From: Candidatus Hydrogenedentota bacterium
GTDB taxonomy: Bacteria; JBFMHD01
Direction of reading: 5' to 3'
Assembly (NCBI GenBank): GCA_040752395.1
Contig: JBFMHD010000037.1
Span: 5,404 to 16,593 of the forward strand
DNA: 11,190 bases
Shown here: positions 1 to 6,367 of the stretch, piece after piece
Position numbering within the stretch: position 1 is the first letter of the stretch
Layout: each line of letters begins with the position of its first letter
Made by a program: the position numbers and the translations under genes
The notes under the pieces: model-generated
The model's input: only the letters and a program-made list of their open reading frames with translations
The model's database searches: none
What the model was told of the DNA's origin: nothing

Positions 1-78
1 ATTAAAAGATACGGCAAGGAAGTGTATATTTTCGCTTTCTTTACTTTTAACTTTTGACTTTTTACTTTTAACTTGTCA

Positions 79-145
79 TAGGAGTTAGAAGTTAGGAGTT
101 CGTAATAATAGCTCCGAGCTCCGAACTTTTTCGAAGGAGTCAACA
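79..145 (+). promoter_or_regulatory. Repeated leader element: (GGAGTTA)n ... (GCTCCGA)n hairpin, then a T-run and GAAGGAG Shine-Dalgarno. Copy A sits upstream of a 29-aa sORF
   Basis: AGTTCG(97-102) pairs with CGAACT(122-127), with G-U extensions. TTTTT(128-132) and AGGAG(135-139) follow. Near-identical to 1873-1941. Confidence 0.4.
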
Positions 146-235
146 TGAGCGCGTTTGCGCTCTACACTATTGGGTTCTTGGGTTCTTGCGTTATTGCGTT
201 CTACACAAAGGATGAAAAACTAAAGATGATATGAA
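146..235 (+). CDS. Candidate small ORF (29 aa, hydrophobic: MSAFALYTIGFLGSCVIAFYTKDEKLKMI)
   Basis: ATG lies 6 nt after GAAGGAG, the same leader as the downstream genes. The ORF overlaps a GAGCGC-gttt-GCGCTC hairpin and the GGGTTCTT octamer repeats, so it may be fortuitous. Confidence 0.15.
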
Positions 236-455
236 AAGAGTCACAAGTCGCAAGTCGTGAGTCAAAACAGGACTCAGGACTCAAGACTCAAGACTTTTCA
301 GCCGGCTCCGGGCCTCGGGCTCCAGCCGGCTGTAGTCCGTAGCCTGTAGCCTGTAGCCTGTACTGATACCTCTTACTTCTTCCGTTATCTTGCTTCTTGC
401 TTCTTGCTTCTACTTGATATTATTATAGTTACAATGTTTTTCGAAGGAGAGCCCC
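200..455 (+). repeat. Mosaic intergenic repeat cassette, copy 1. It is a chain of heptamer tandem tracts, then a GC-rich core, then the ATTATTAkAGTTACA-GTTTTTC-AGGAG tail
   Basis: Heptamer tracts: (GTCRYRA)x3, (AGGACTC/AAGACTC)x4, the GGCTCCGGGCCTCGGGCTCCAGCCGGCTG core, (TAGCCTG)x4 and (CTTGCTT)x3. Homologous to 6122-6305 and 10787-11027, with different tandem unit counts. Confidence 0.7.
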
Positions 456-462
456 CATAGAT

Positions 463-1863
463 ATGTATATTAATGAATCCCAGATGCAAAAGATTGTTGA
501 GAAAGTTATAGAGCGACTGAAAGATGCAGGTGAAATCATTATTGATGTTAATAGAGGTGATGGAATATTCGAGGATATAGAATCAGCGATTACAGCTGCT
601 AAAAATGCTCAAAAAACTCTGCTTGAATTATCACTTGAGAAAAGAATAGAGATAATCGAAAGTATGCGTAAATTTGCTCGAACACAGGTTCATCGATTCG
701 CAGTAATGGGCGTTGAAGAGACGGGTATGGGTAGAGTAGAAGATAAGATTGCTAAAAATTTGCTTGCTATAAATAAGACACCAGGTGTTGAAGACCTTAT
801 CCCATGGGTCTGTAGCGGCGACCACGGTCTTACCCTTGAAGAAAAAGCACCGTTTGGTGTTATTGGTTCCATTACTCCGTCCACAAATATTACTGAAACT
901 GTTATTGGCAATGCTATCTGTATGATAGCAGCAGGGAACAGCGTGGTGTTTAATCCTCACCCATCTGCTAAAAGAACAGCACAGGCTGCAATGGTGGTAC
1001 TGAATCAGGCTATAATAAAAGCAGCCGGACCAGCTAACCTTATAACCACAGTAAGAGAGCCAACCTTAAAATCAGCTGAGACTATTTTCACGCATCCTGA
1101 AGTTAAACTCGTACTTGTAACTGGCGGACCTGCTGTTGTTGAAGCAGCTATGAAATATCCTAAACGTTGCATCTGTGCAGGACCAGGAAACCCGCCTGTT
1201 GTTGTAGATGAAACAGCTGATATAAAAAAAGCAGCTAAAGATATAATTTTAGGTGCTACGCTGGATAATAATATTCTGTGCATCGCAGAAAAAGAGATAT
1301 TTGTTGTTGAGCCTGTATGTGATGTGCTTAACTCTGAATTAAAACGTGCCGGTGGATATCAATTGTCAGGGTATCAAATGGACCAATTAATGAAACATAT
1401 TGTTGTTAAAGAGGAAGTGGTGAACAGAGAACTTGTTGGCAGGAATGCTAATGTTATAGCTAAATATATAGGGTTAACTATACCTCAAGAAGTGAGACTA
1501 CTTTTTGCCGAGGTCTCAAAGGAGCATCCGCTTATTTATTTAGAACAGCTTATGCCCGTGATACCTGTTGTCAGAATTAAAAACGTAGAAGAAGGTATAG
1601 AACTATCTCTCAAAGCAGAGCACGGATACAAACACACAGCTATTATGCACTCTAAGAATATCGAGCGGTTATCAAGGATGGCACGTATTATGGATGTATC
1701 TATATTTGTTAAGAATGGGCCTTCCTGTGCAGGTCTTGGTTATGGTGGAGAAGGCTACACTACCTTTTCAATCGCAGGTACAACAGGTGAGGGCTTGACT
1801 ACACCAAAAACATTTACCCGACCCAGACGCTGTACACTGGTAGATTATTTTAGAATCGTATAA
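463..1863 (+). CDS. CoA-acylating aldehyde dehydrogenase, PduP/EutE-type BMC core enzyme, with an N-terminal encapsulation-peptide-like amphipathic helix
   Basis: 466 aa. ICAGPGNPP and NNILCIAEKEIFVVE motifs are typical of acylating ALDH. The N-terminus SQMQKIVEKVIERLKD is amphipathic and precedes the catalytic domain. Confidence 0.88.
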   Translation: MYINESQMQKIVEKVIERLKDAGEIIIDVNRGDGIFEDIESAITAAKNAQKTLLELSLEKRIEIIESMRKFARTQVHRFAVMGVEETGMGRVEDKIAKNLLAINKTPGVEDLIPWVCSGDHGLTLEEKAPFGVIGSITPSTNITETVIGNAICMIAAGNSVVFNPHPSAKRTAQAAMVVLNQAIIKAAGPANLITTVREPTLKSAETIFTHPEVKLVLVTGGPAVVEAAMKYPKRCICAGPGNPPVVVDETADIKKAAKDIILGATLDNNILCIAEKEIFVVEPVCDVLNSELKRAGGYQLSGYQMDQLMKHIVVKEEVVNRELVGRNANVIAKYIGLTIPQEVRLLFAEVSKEHPLIYLEQLMPVIPVVRIKNVEEGIELSLKAEHGYKHTAIMHSKNIERLSRMARIMDVSIFVKNGPSCAGLGYGGEGYTTFSIAGTTGEGLTTPKTFTRPRRCTLVDYFRIV

Positions 1864-1872
1864 GATGAAAAA

Positions 1873-1941
1873 GATAGGAGTTAGGAGTTCGTAATAATAG
1901 ATCCGAGCTCCGAACTCCGAACTCCGAAGTTTTTCGCAGGA
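1873..1941 (+). promoter_or_regulatory. Leader element copy B, a terminator-like hairpin immediately upstream of the SD of the pduS-like gene
   Basis: GGAGTTAGGAGTTCG(1877-1891) pairs with CGAACTCCGAACTCC(1911-1925), 15 bp with one mismatch. Then gaag, TTTTT(1930-1934) and GCAGGAG. Confidence 0.45.
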
Positions 1942-3282
1942 GTGATGGAATACTATATGGTAGAGAAAAAAAGAGATTTAATTGATATAATTAAAGAAGC
2001 AGGGGTTGTGGGCGCTGGCGGTGCTGGATTCCCTACACATATTAAATACAGCACAGAGGTTGAATATGTAATAGCAAATGGTGCCGAGTGCGAACCACTT
2101 CTACGTGTCGATCAACAATTAATGGATAAATATGCAAATGAGATAATACAGGCGTTACTTGCTGTAAAAGAAAGAGTAAAAGCAAAAGAAGCTATGGTGG
2201 GATTAAAATCTAAATATAAAGATGCTATTCGCTCCCTTAAAAAAGCTTCAAAAGATAGAGTAAGATTACATCTTCTTGAGAATGTGTATCCTGCCGGCGA
2301 TGAACATATTCTTCTTTATGATATGACAAAAAGAATCGTTCCAGAAGGTGGCATACCATTGCAGGTCGGCGCTGTTGTCTCTAATGTTGCCACACTTCTG
2401 TGGGTATATGAAGCAATGAATGGTAAACCTGTTACTGATAGGTGGCTGACAGTAACAGGTGAGGTTAATAAACCACAGACTATAAAGGTTCCGATTGGTA
2501 CCACAGTCAGAGATGTGCTGGAGTTTTGTGGCAGAGTAAAGATAAAAGATTTTAAAGTTATTGTTGGTGGACCAATAATGGGGGGTCTGGCTGAGAGTAT
2601 AGATCAAGGGATATTAAAGACTACAAGCGCCATTATTGTTTTACCAAAAGACCATTATGCTGTGTCTTACAAATATTTTGATTTAAATCTACATATCAAA
2701 ACGTCTAAAGCAGCGTGTTGTCAGTGTACATTCTGCACCAGTATTTGTCCGCGCAATTTAATAGGTCATTCAATAGAGCCTCATAAAATAATGAGGGGGA
2801 TATCATTTGGTGTTAATACAGCGGTCAAGGATGCTACGTTAGCTTTTTTATGTTGTGAATGCCAGTTGTGTTATTTCGCCTGTCCGATGAATTTAGCACC
2901 AGGAAGAATTAATGCTCTATTAAAACAGGAATTGACAAAAAAAGGCATAAAGAATCCGCATAATTTGAAACATAACAGGGCCCATATAATAAGAGAATAC
3001 AGGCTTCAACCTCTTAAAAGATTGATTGTTAAACTCGGGTTAACAGACTATGATGTTGATGCTCCTATATCTGATGAAACTTTTTTGCCAAAAAGGGTAA
3101 AAATATCATTGAAACAACATTTTGGCAAAAGTGCTGTTTGTGTGGTAAAAGAAGGGGCTAAAATTAAAAGAGGCGATGTTATAGGTGAAGCTGCTGAGGG
3201 TATATCAGCACGGGTTCATAGCTCTATAGATGGAATTGTAAAGAGTACACAGGGTGATGAGGTTATAATAAGTAGTGGATAA
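1942..3282 (+). CDS. PduS/RnfC-family flavoprotein with two [4Fe-4S] ferredoxin motifs
   Basis: AGVVGAGGAGFPTHIKY and NGAECEP motifs (RnfC/Nqo1-like NADH/FMN domain). Two CxxCxxCxxxCP motifs (CCQCTFCTSICP, CCECQLCYFACP). C-terminal barrel-sandwich-like segment. Start is ambiguous: GTG 1942, ATG 1945 or ATG 1957. Confidence 0.85.
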   Translation: MMEYYMVEKKRDLIDIIKEAGVVGAGGAGFPTHIKYSTEVEYVIANGAECEPLLRVDQQLMDKYANEIIQALLAVKERVKAKEAMVGLKSKYKDAIRSLKKASKDRVRLHLLENVYPAGDEHILLYDMTKRIVPEGGIPLQVGAVVSNVATLLWVYEAMNGKPVTDRWLTVTGEVNKPQTIKVPIGTTVRDVLEFCGRVKIKDFKVIVGGPIMGGLAESIDQGILKTTSAIIVLPKDHYAVSYKYFDLNLHIKTSKAACCQCTFCTSICPRNLIGHSIEPHKIMRGISFGVNTAVKDATLAFLCCECQLCYFACPMNLAPGRINALLKQELTKKGIKNPHNLKHNRAHIIREYRLQPLKRLIVKLGLTDYDVDAPISDETFLPKRVKISLKQHFGKSAVCVVKEGAKIKRGDVIGEAAEGISARVHSSIDGIVKSTQGDEVIISSG

Positions 3283-3298
3283 TCCATTGGTTATAGTT

Positions 3299-3326
3299 AG
3301 AAGCAAGAGGCAAGAAGCAAGATAAC
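3299..3326 (+). repeat. AGAAGCAAGAGGCAAGAAGCAAGATAAC tract, an inverted copy of 384-411
   Basis: Reverse complement of 384-411 with one mismatch. Related tracts at 6128-6150 and 10789-10800. Confidence 0.7.
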
Positions 3327-3361
3327 AGAAGAAGTGAGAAGTAAAGACCAAGGAGAGAACA

Positions 3362-3910
3362 ATGGAACAGGCTTTAGGGTTACTCGAGACAACGAGTGTC
3401 GCGTTAGGTGTTCAGGGTTGTGATGCGATGCTGAAATCAGGTAATGTTATATTGTTGGAGTCACGACCCACGTGTCCGGGTAAGCACTTTACATTAATTT
3501 CAGGTGAGGTCGGTGCTGTAAGAACAGCTATCGCAGCTGGTGAATTAGCTGCCTTCCCATCTGTGGTTCAGACAATGATTATCCCGAATGTTCACCCTTG
3601 TGTTATACCTGCGTTTACAGGTTCTAATATAGTAGAAGAGATAGAGGCTTTAGGTGTGATTGAGACCTATTCTTTAGCAGCCTGTGTTGAGATGGCTGAT
3701 GCAGCAGTAAAAGCTGCTGAAATTAAACTTATTGAAGTGCGATTAGGTTCAGGGCTTGCTGGTAAGTCATTTATATATTTAACAGGTACGGTGGGAGCTG
3801 TGAGGTCTGCTGTTTCTGCTTGTTTATCGCTTGAACATCATAAAGGATTGGTTCACTCAAGTATCATTATACCTTCACCGCATCCTGATTTAATCAAAGC
3901 GATTTTATAA
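3362..3910 (+). CDS. Tandem-BMC-domain shell protein (BMC-T), PduT-like, with the conserved Fe-S ligand Cys38
   Basis: Two BMC (PF00936-like) repeats (ALGLLET...GEVGAVRTAI and ALGVIETYSLAA...GTVGAVRSAV). The PTCPGKHF motif aligns with PduT TICPGKF. The Cys38 codon is tgt at 3473-3475. Confidence 0.88.
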   Translation: MEQALGLLETTSVALGVQGCDAMLKSGNVILLESRPTCPGKHFTLISGEVGAVRTAIAAGELAAFPSVVQTMIIPNVHPCVIPAFTGSNIVEEIEALGVIETYSLAACVEMADAAVKAAEIKLIEVRLGSGLAGKSFIYLTGTVGAVRSAVSACLSLEHHKGLVHSSIIIPSPHPDLIKAIL

Positions 3911-3932
3911 GAATGTCAGTCGACATTCTTTT
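3911..3932 (+). terminator. Intrinsic terminator-like hairpin GAATGTC-agtc-GACATTC followed by TTTT
   Basis: 7-bp perfect stem, 4-nt loop, T-run at 3929-3932, immediately after the pduT-like stop codon. Confidence 0.55.
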
Positions 3933-3971
3933 GGATACGGAACGATATCAGCTTTGCAGGATTAAGGAGTT

Positions 3972-4214
3972 ATGGATAAAGAATATATAGCTTCTGTGAT
4001 AACAGAAGTTATAAATGAAGAGATAAAGATAAAAGATAAACTTACATATCCAGCGAAAGAAGTCGTAAGAGTTGATGAGGTTATCGATGAAAGGATTATA
4101 AGAGATTTAATAAAAGGGAAAGCAGATGTTGTGAAAATAAAAAGTAGCGCAAAGATTACACCGCTTGCAATGGATAGAATAAAAGAGTCTAAAATTAAAG
4201 TTGTGAGAACATAA
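3972..4214 (+). CDS. Small (80 aa) BMC-locus protein of unknown function, with SAF/beta-grasp-like resemblance
   Basis: Strong RBS (AAGGAG, 5 nt before the ATG). The segment IIRDLIKGKADVVKI...AKITPLAMDRIKESKIKVV resembles the SAF-domain pattern xDIxKGxxVxKY...IGxAxxDIxxGExV (as in UxaA_N, FlgA, CpaB). This resemblance comes from memory only. Confidence 0.6.
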   Translation: MDKEYIASVITEVINEEIKIKDKLTYPAKEVVRVDEVIDERIIRDLIKGKADVVKIKSSAKITPLAMDRIKESKIKVVRT

Positions 4215-4215
4215 C

Positions 4216-4509
4216 GTGTTTTTTGCAAAAGTGATAGGTAATGTAGTTGCAACAAAAAAAAACGAAAATCTAAAAGGAAGAAGATTACTTCTTGTTCAGC
4301 CTGTAGACGAAAATATGAAACCCAGGGGGGACCCTGTTATTGCACTTGATTGGCTTGGCACAGATGAAGATGAATTAGTTTTTATAGTTCAGGGGAGAGA
4401 AGCTGTATATGAGGAATCTATGAAAGTAATGATACCAGCTGATGCTGGTATATTTGGTATTATTGATTCAGTGGATACAAAAGATAAGAACCTTTATAGA
4501 AAGCATTAG
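4216..4509 (+). CDS. BMC vertex protein (BMC-P), EutN/PduN/CcmL family, copy 1
   Basis: MFFAKVIGNVVATKK... is the classic EutN N-terminus. 97 aa. GTG start directly follows the upstream TAA stop. Confidence 0.85.
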   Translation: MFFAKVIGNVVATKKNENLKGRRLLLVQPVDENMKPRGDPVIALDWLGTDEDELVFIVQGREAVYEESMKVMIPADAGIFGIIDSVDTKDKNLYRKH

Positions 4510-4522
4510 GCTCGGGGGATGT

Positions 4523-4798
4523 ATGATCCTTTGTAAAGTTGTTGGTGTGGTTGTATCAACACAAAAAAATAAAAAGTTCGAGGGTGTTAAAATTTTTGTT
4601 GTACAGCCGATTAATCCCTCAGGCGAACCTATAGGAAATACTTTAATCTCTGCAGAATATGAGAATGATGCAGGCATCGGAGATACTGTATTAGTATTTA
4701 CTAAAGGGAATGCATCAAGATTAGTTGTAAGGGACCTTTCTTCACCAGTAGATTATGCTATCTGTGGTATTGTTGACAGAATAGAGATGAGTCATTAG
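4523..4798 (+). CDS. BMC vertex protein (BMC-P), EutN/PduN family, copy 2
   Basis: MILCKVVGVVVSTQKN... 91 aa. GGGGGA RBS 5 nt upstream. The 4442 start given in the ORF track is an upstream read-through extension. Confidence 0.85.
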   Translation: MILCKVVGVVVSTQKNKKFEGVKIFVVQPINPSGEPIGNTLISAEYENDAGIGDTVLVFTKGNASRLVVRDLSSPVDYAICGIVDRIEMSH

Positions 4799-4802
4799 TG
4801 GT

Positions 4803-5720
4803 TTACCATCTTTTGCGTTTCCAGAAAAGCATAAACCATACCATCGCAAGCAGAGCTATTAACATTATAATCCAGAAAGAAGAAAGACGCTCTTGAGAAA
4901 TAGGTAGCGGTACATTCATTGAGAAGATACTAACAACAAGTGTGGGAACCATAATTGAGATGGTAATAATATTCAAGGTTTTCATCAAAATATTAAGATT
5001 ATTATTTACGATTGAGGCACGGGCATCCATTAATCCTGCTAAAATATTTGAATATATTTCAGCTTGTTTATAACATTGAGAGTTTTCAATTGCTATATCA
5101 TCAAGTAGTTCAAGATTTTCCTGCGTGAGAACAATTTTGGTTGCATTATGTCTTATTTTTTCAATCAGCATAGAATTGGAATTAATAGAATTTAGATAAT
5201 AAACAAGACTCTTTTCAAGAGTGAATAAATTAAGGAGGTATTTATTTTCCATAGCATGAATTAATTTTTTTTCAAGTGAATCTGATACCATATTTATGAC
5301 CTTTAAATGTTCAAGATAATGATGGATTGAGCGATAGATAAGTCTGAGTAATAAATCCTGTAAAGACGTTATACGATTAAAGAGTTTTCCATCAAATAAT
5401 AAAGTGTTATCGGGTAAAATAACGATTAAATGTTCTTTAAAAAGAAAGAGTCCGACAGAATAGACCTTGAATAAAAATTTATCACTTGATGAATAGTTTT
5501 TAGGTTTTTTATAGATTATAGCGATATGCTCAGGCTCGAACTCCAATCGTGATAGCTCATCAGGGTCCAGAGCGGAATTAAGAGTGTGTTCATCGAGCTC
5601 GAATTCATCTAATAGATATTTTCTTTCAGCTTCATCAGGATTGACAAAGACTAAAATTTTAGCATCACCATCCGGGGCTTCTACGATTTTATCACCGAGT
5701 ATAAGATACTTTCTTAACAT
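4803..5720 (-). CDS. CorA-family divalent-cation transporter with an SMN motif in place of the canonical GMN
   Basis: 305 aa. C-terminal TM1-loop-TM2-KRKRW topology. The loop reads VVSIFSMNVPLP; the codon TCA=Ser was confirmed on the reverse strand at 4920-4946. Confidence 0.82.
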   Translation of the reverse strand: MLRKYLILGDKIVEAPDGDAKILVFVNPDEAERKYLLDEFELDEHTLNSALDPDELSRLEFEPEHIAIIYKKPKNYSSSDKFLFKVYSVGLFLFKEHLIVILPDNTLLFDGKLFNRITSLQDLLLRLIYRSIHHYLEHLKVINMVSDSLEKKLIHAMENKYLLNLFTLEKSLVYYLNSINSNSMLIEKIRHNATKIVLTQENLELLDDIAIENSQCYKQAEIYSNILAGLMDARASIVNNNLNILMKTLNIITISIMVPTLVVSIFSMNVPLPISQERLSSFWIIMLIALLAMVWFMLFWKRKRW

Positions 5721-5753
5721 TTTCTTATCTTCTCCACATTCTCTGAAGGTTAC

Positions 5754-6050
5754 TCACATTCTACGTTTAACAAGATGCGGTACCTCACGTTTTAGTATGC
5801 CGTTTAAAATACCATAAAGAGCTCTCTCGATATTTGGACGGTCAGTATTTGGAGGCAACGTAAGATCAAGTTTAATACGCGCTGAATCAATCAACATATT
5901 GTGAACCTTAATACCCATAATAATTATGTTTCTTTCTAACTGTTTTCTAATCCGATGTTTTAATCCCTCTGAGAGCCGTGAACGGCTCGCACGATCAGGC
6001 ATACTAAATGAAAGCTTAAGCTCAATGTTAACCCTTCGAATTACTTGCAT
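5754..6050 (-). CDS. Small hypothetical protein with a weak RbfA-like (ribosome-binding factor A) pattern
   Basis: 98 aa. Immediately upstream and co-oriented with the CorA gene. The patterns MPDRASRSRLSEGLKHRIRKQLE and ERALYGILNGILKREVPHL loosely match the RbfA N- and C-terminal motifs. An internal ATG at 6002 is an alternative start. Confidence 0.4.
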   Translation of the reverse strand: MQVIRRVNIELKLSFSMPDRASRSRLSEGLKHRIRKQLERNIIIMGIKVHNMLIDSARIKLDLTLPPNTDRPNIERALYGILNGILKREVPHLVKRRM

Positions 6051-6121
6051 AAATAATATCTTAACATATATGAAAATATTGTCTATAATTTATTTGACAT
6101 AATTCCCTCGCTTATAGGTTG

Positions 6122-6305
6122 TAAGAAGTAAGAAGCAAGAGGCAAGAAGTAGATAATATGTTGGCTCCGGGCTTGGGGTTCCAGACTCCAGCCGGCTGTA
6201 GTCCGTAGCCTGAAGCCTGTAGCCCGAAGAGATGTTTTTTTAATTTTTCATAGTAGGAGGTTATCAGTAAACAGAAAACCGAAAACCAAACACCGAACTT
6301 AAGAA
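6122..6305 (+). repeat. Mosaic intergenic repeat cassette, copy 2 (partial)
   Basis: It contains AGAAGCAAGAGGCAAGAAG, the GGCTCCGGGCTTGGGG...CAGCCGGCTGTAGTCCGTAGCC core, a T-run plus AGGAGG, (AAACCGA)n and ACACCGAACTTAAGAA (6290-6305). The last box matches 11012-11027. Confidence 0.65.
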
Positions 6306-6332
6306 TTTTACCGAAGACTGAAGGAATACTAG

Positions 6333-6367
6333 TTGACTTTGTAAAAAAATTAGTTATTATATAATCA
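6333..6367 (+). promoter_or_regulatory. Putative sigma70-like promoter for smpB (TTGACT ... TTATATAAT), which may give a leaderless mRNA
   Basis: TTGACT at 6333-6338. A TATATAAT-like -10 ends about 4 nt before the smpB ATG. No SD is present. Confidence 0.35.

Noticed and set aside
240-300. ATGAAAAGAGTC... at the start of repeat copies 1 and 3 as a conserved small ORF
   Set aside because: Frames are broken by tandem-unit number differences. The resulting peptides (MKRVTSRKS*, MKRVVSQNRTRDSRLKTF*) are not conserved.
631-3282. Antisense ORFs inside the ALDH and pduS genes (631-960, 690-911, 1005-1283, 2266-2607, 2316-2504, all minus strand)
   Set aside because: They are fully embedded opposite strongly supported genes. 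They are low complexity and have no RBS.
3962-4677. Minus-strand ORFs 3962-4255 and 4468-4677
   Set aside because: They are antisense to the SAF-like and BMC-P genes, which have clear RBS and family signatures.
5584-5817. Plus-strand ORF 5584-5817 (77 aa)
   Set aside because: It is Ser-rich low complexity and antisense to the CorA 5' end.
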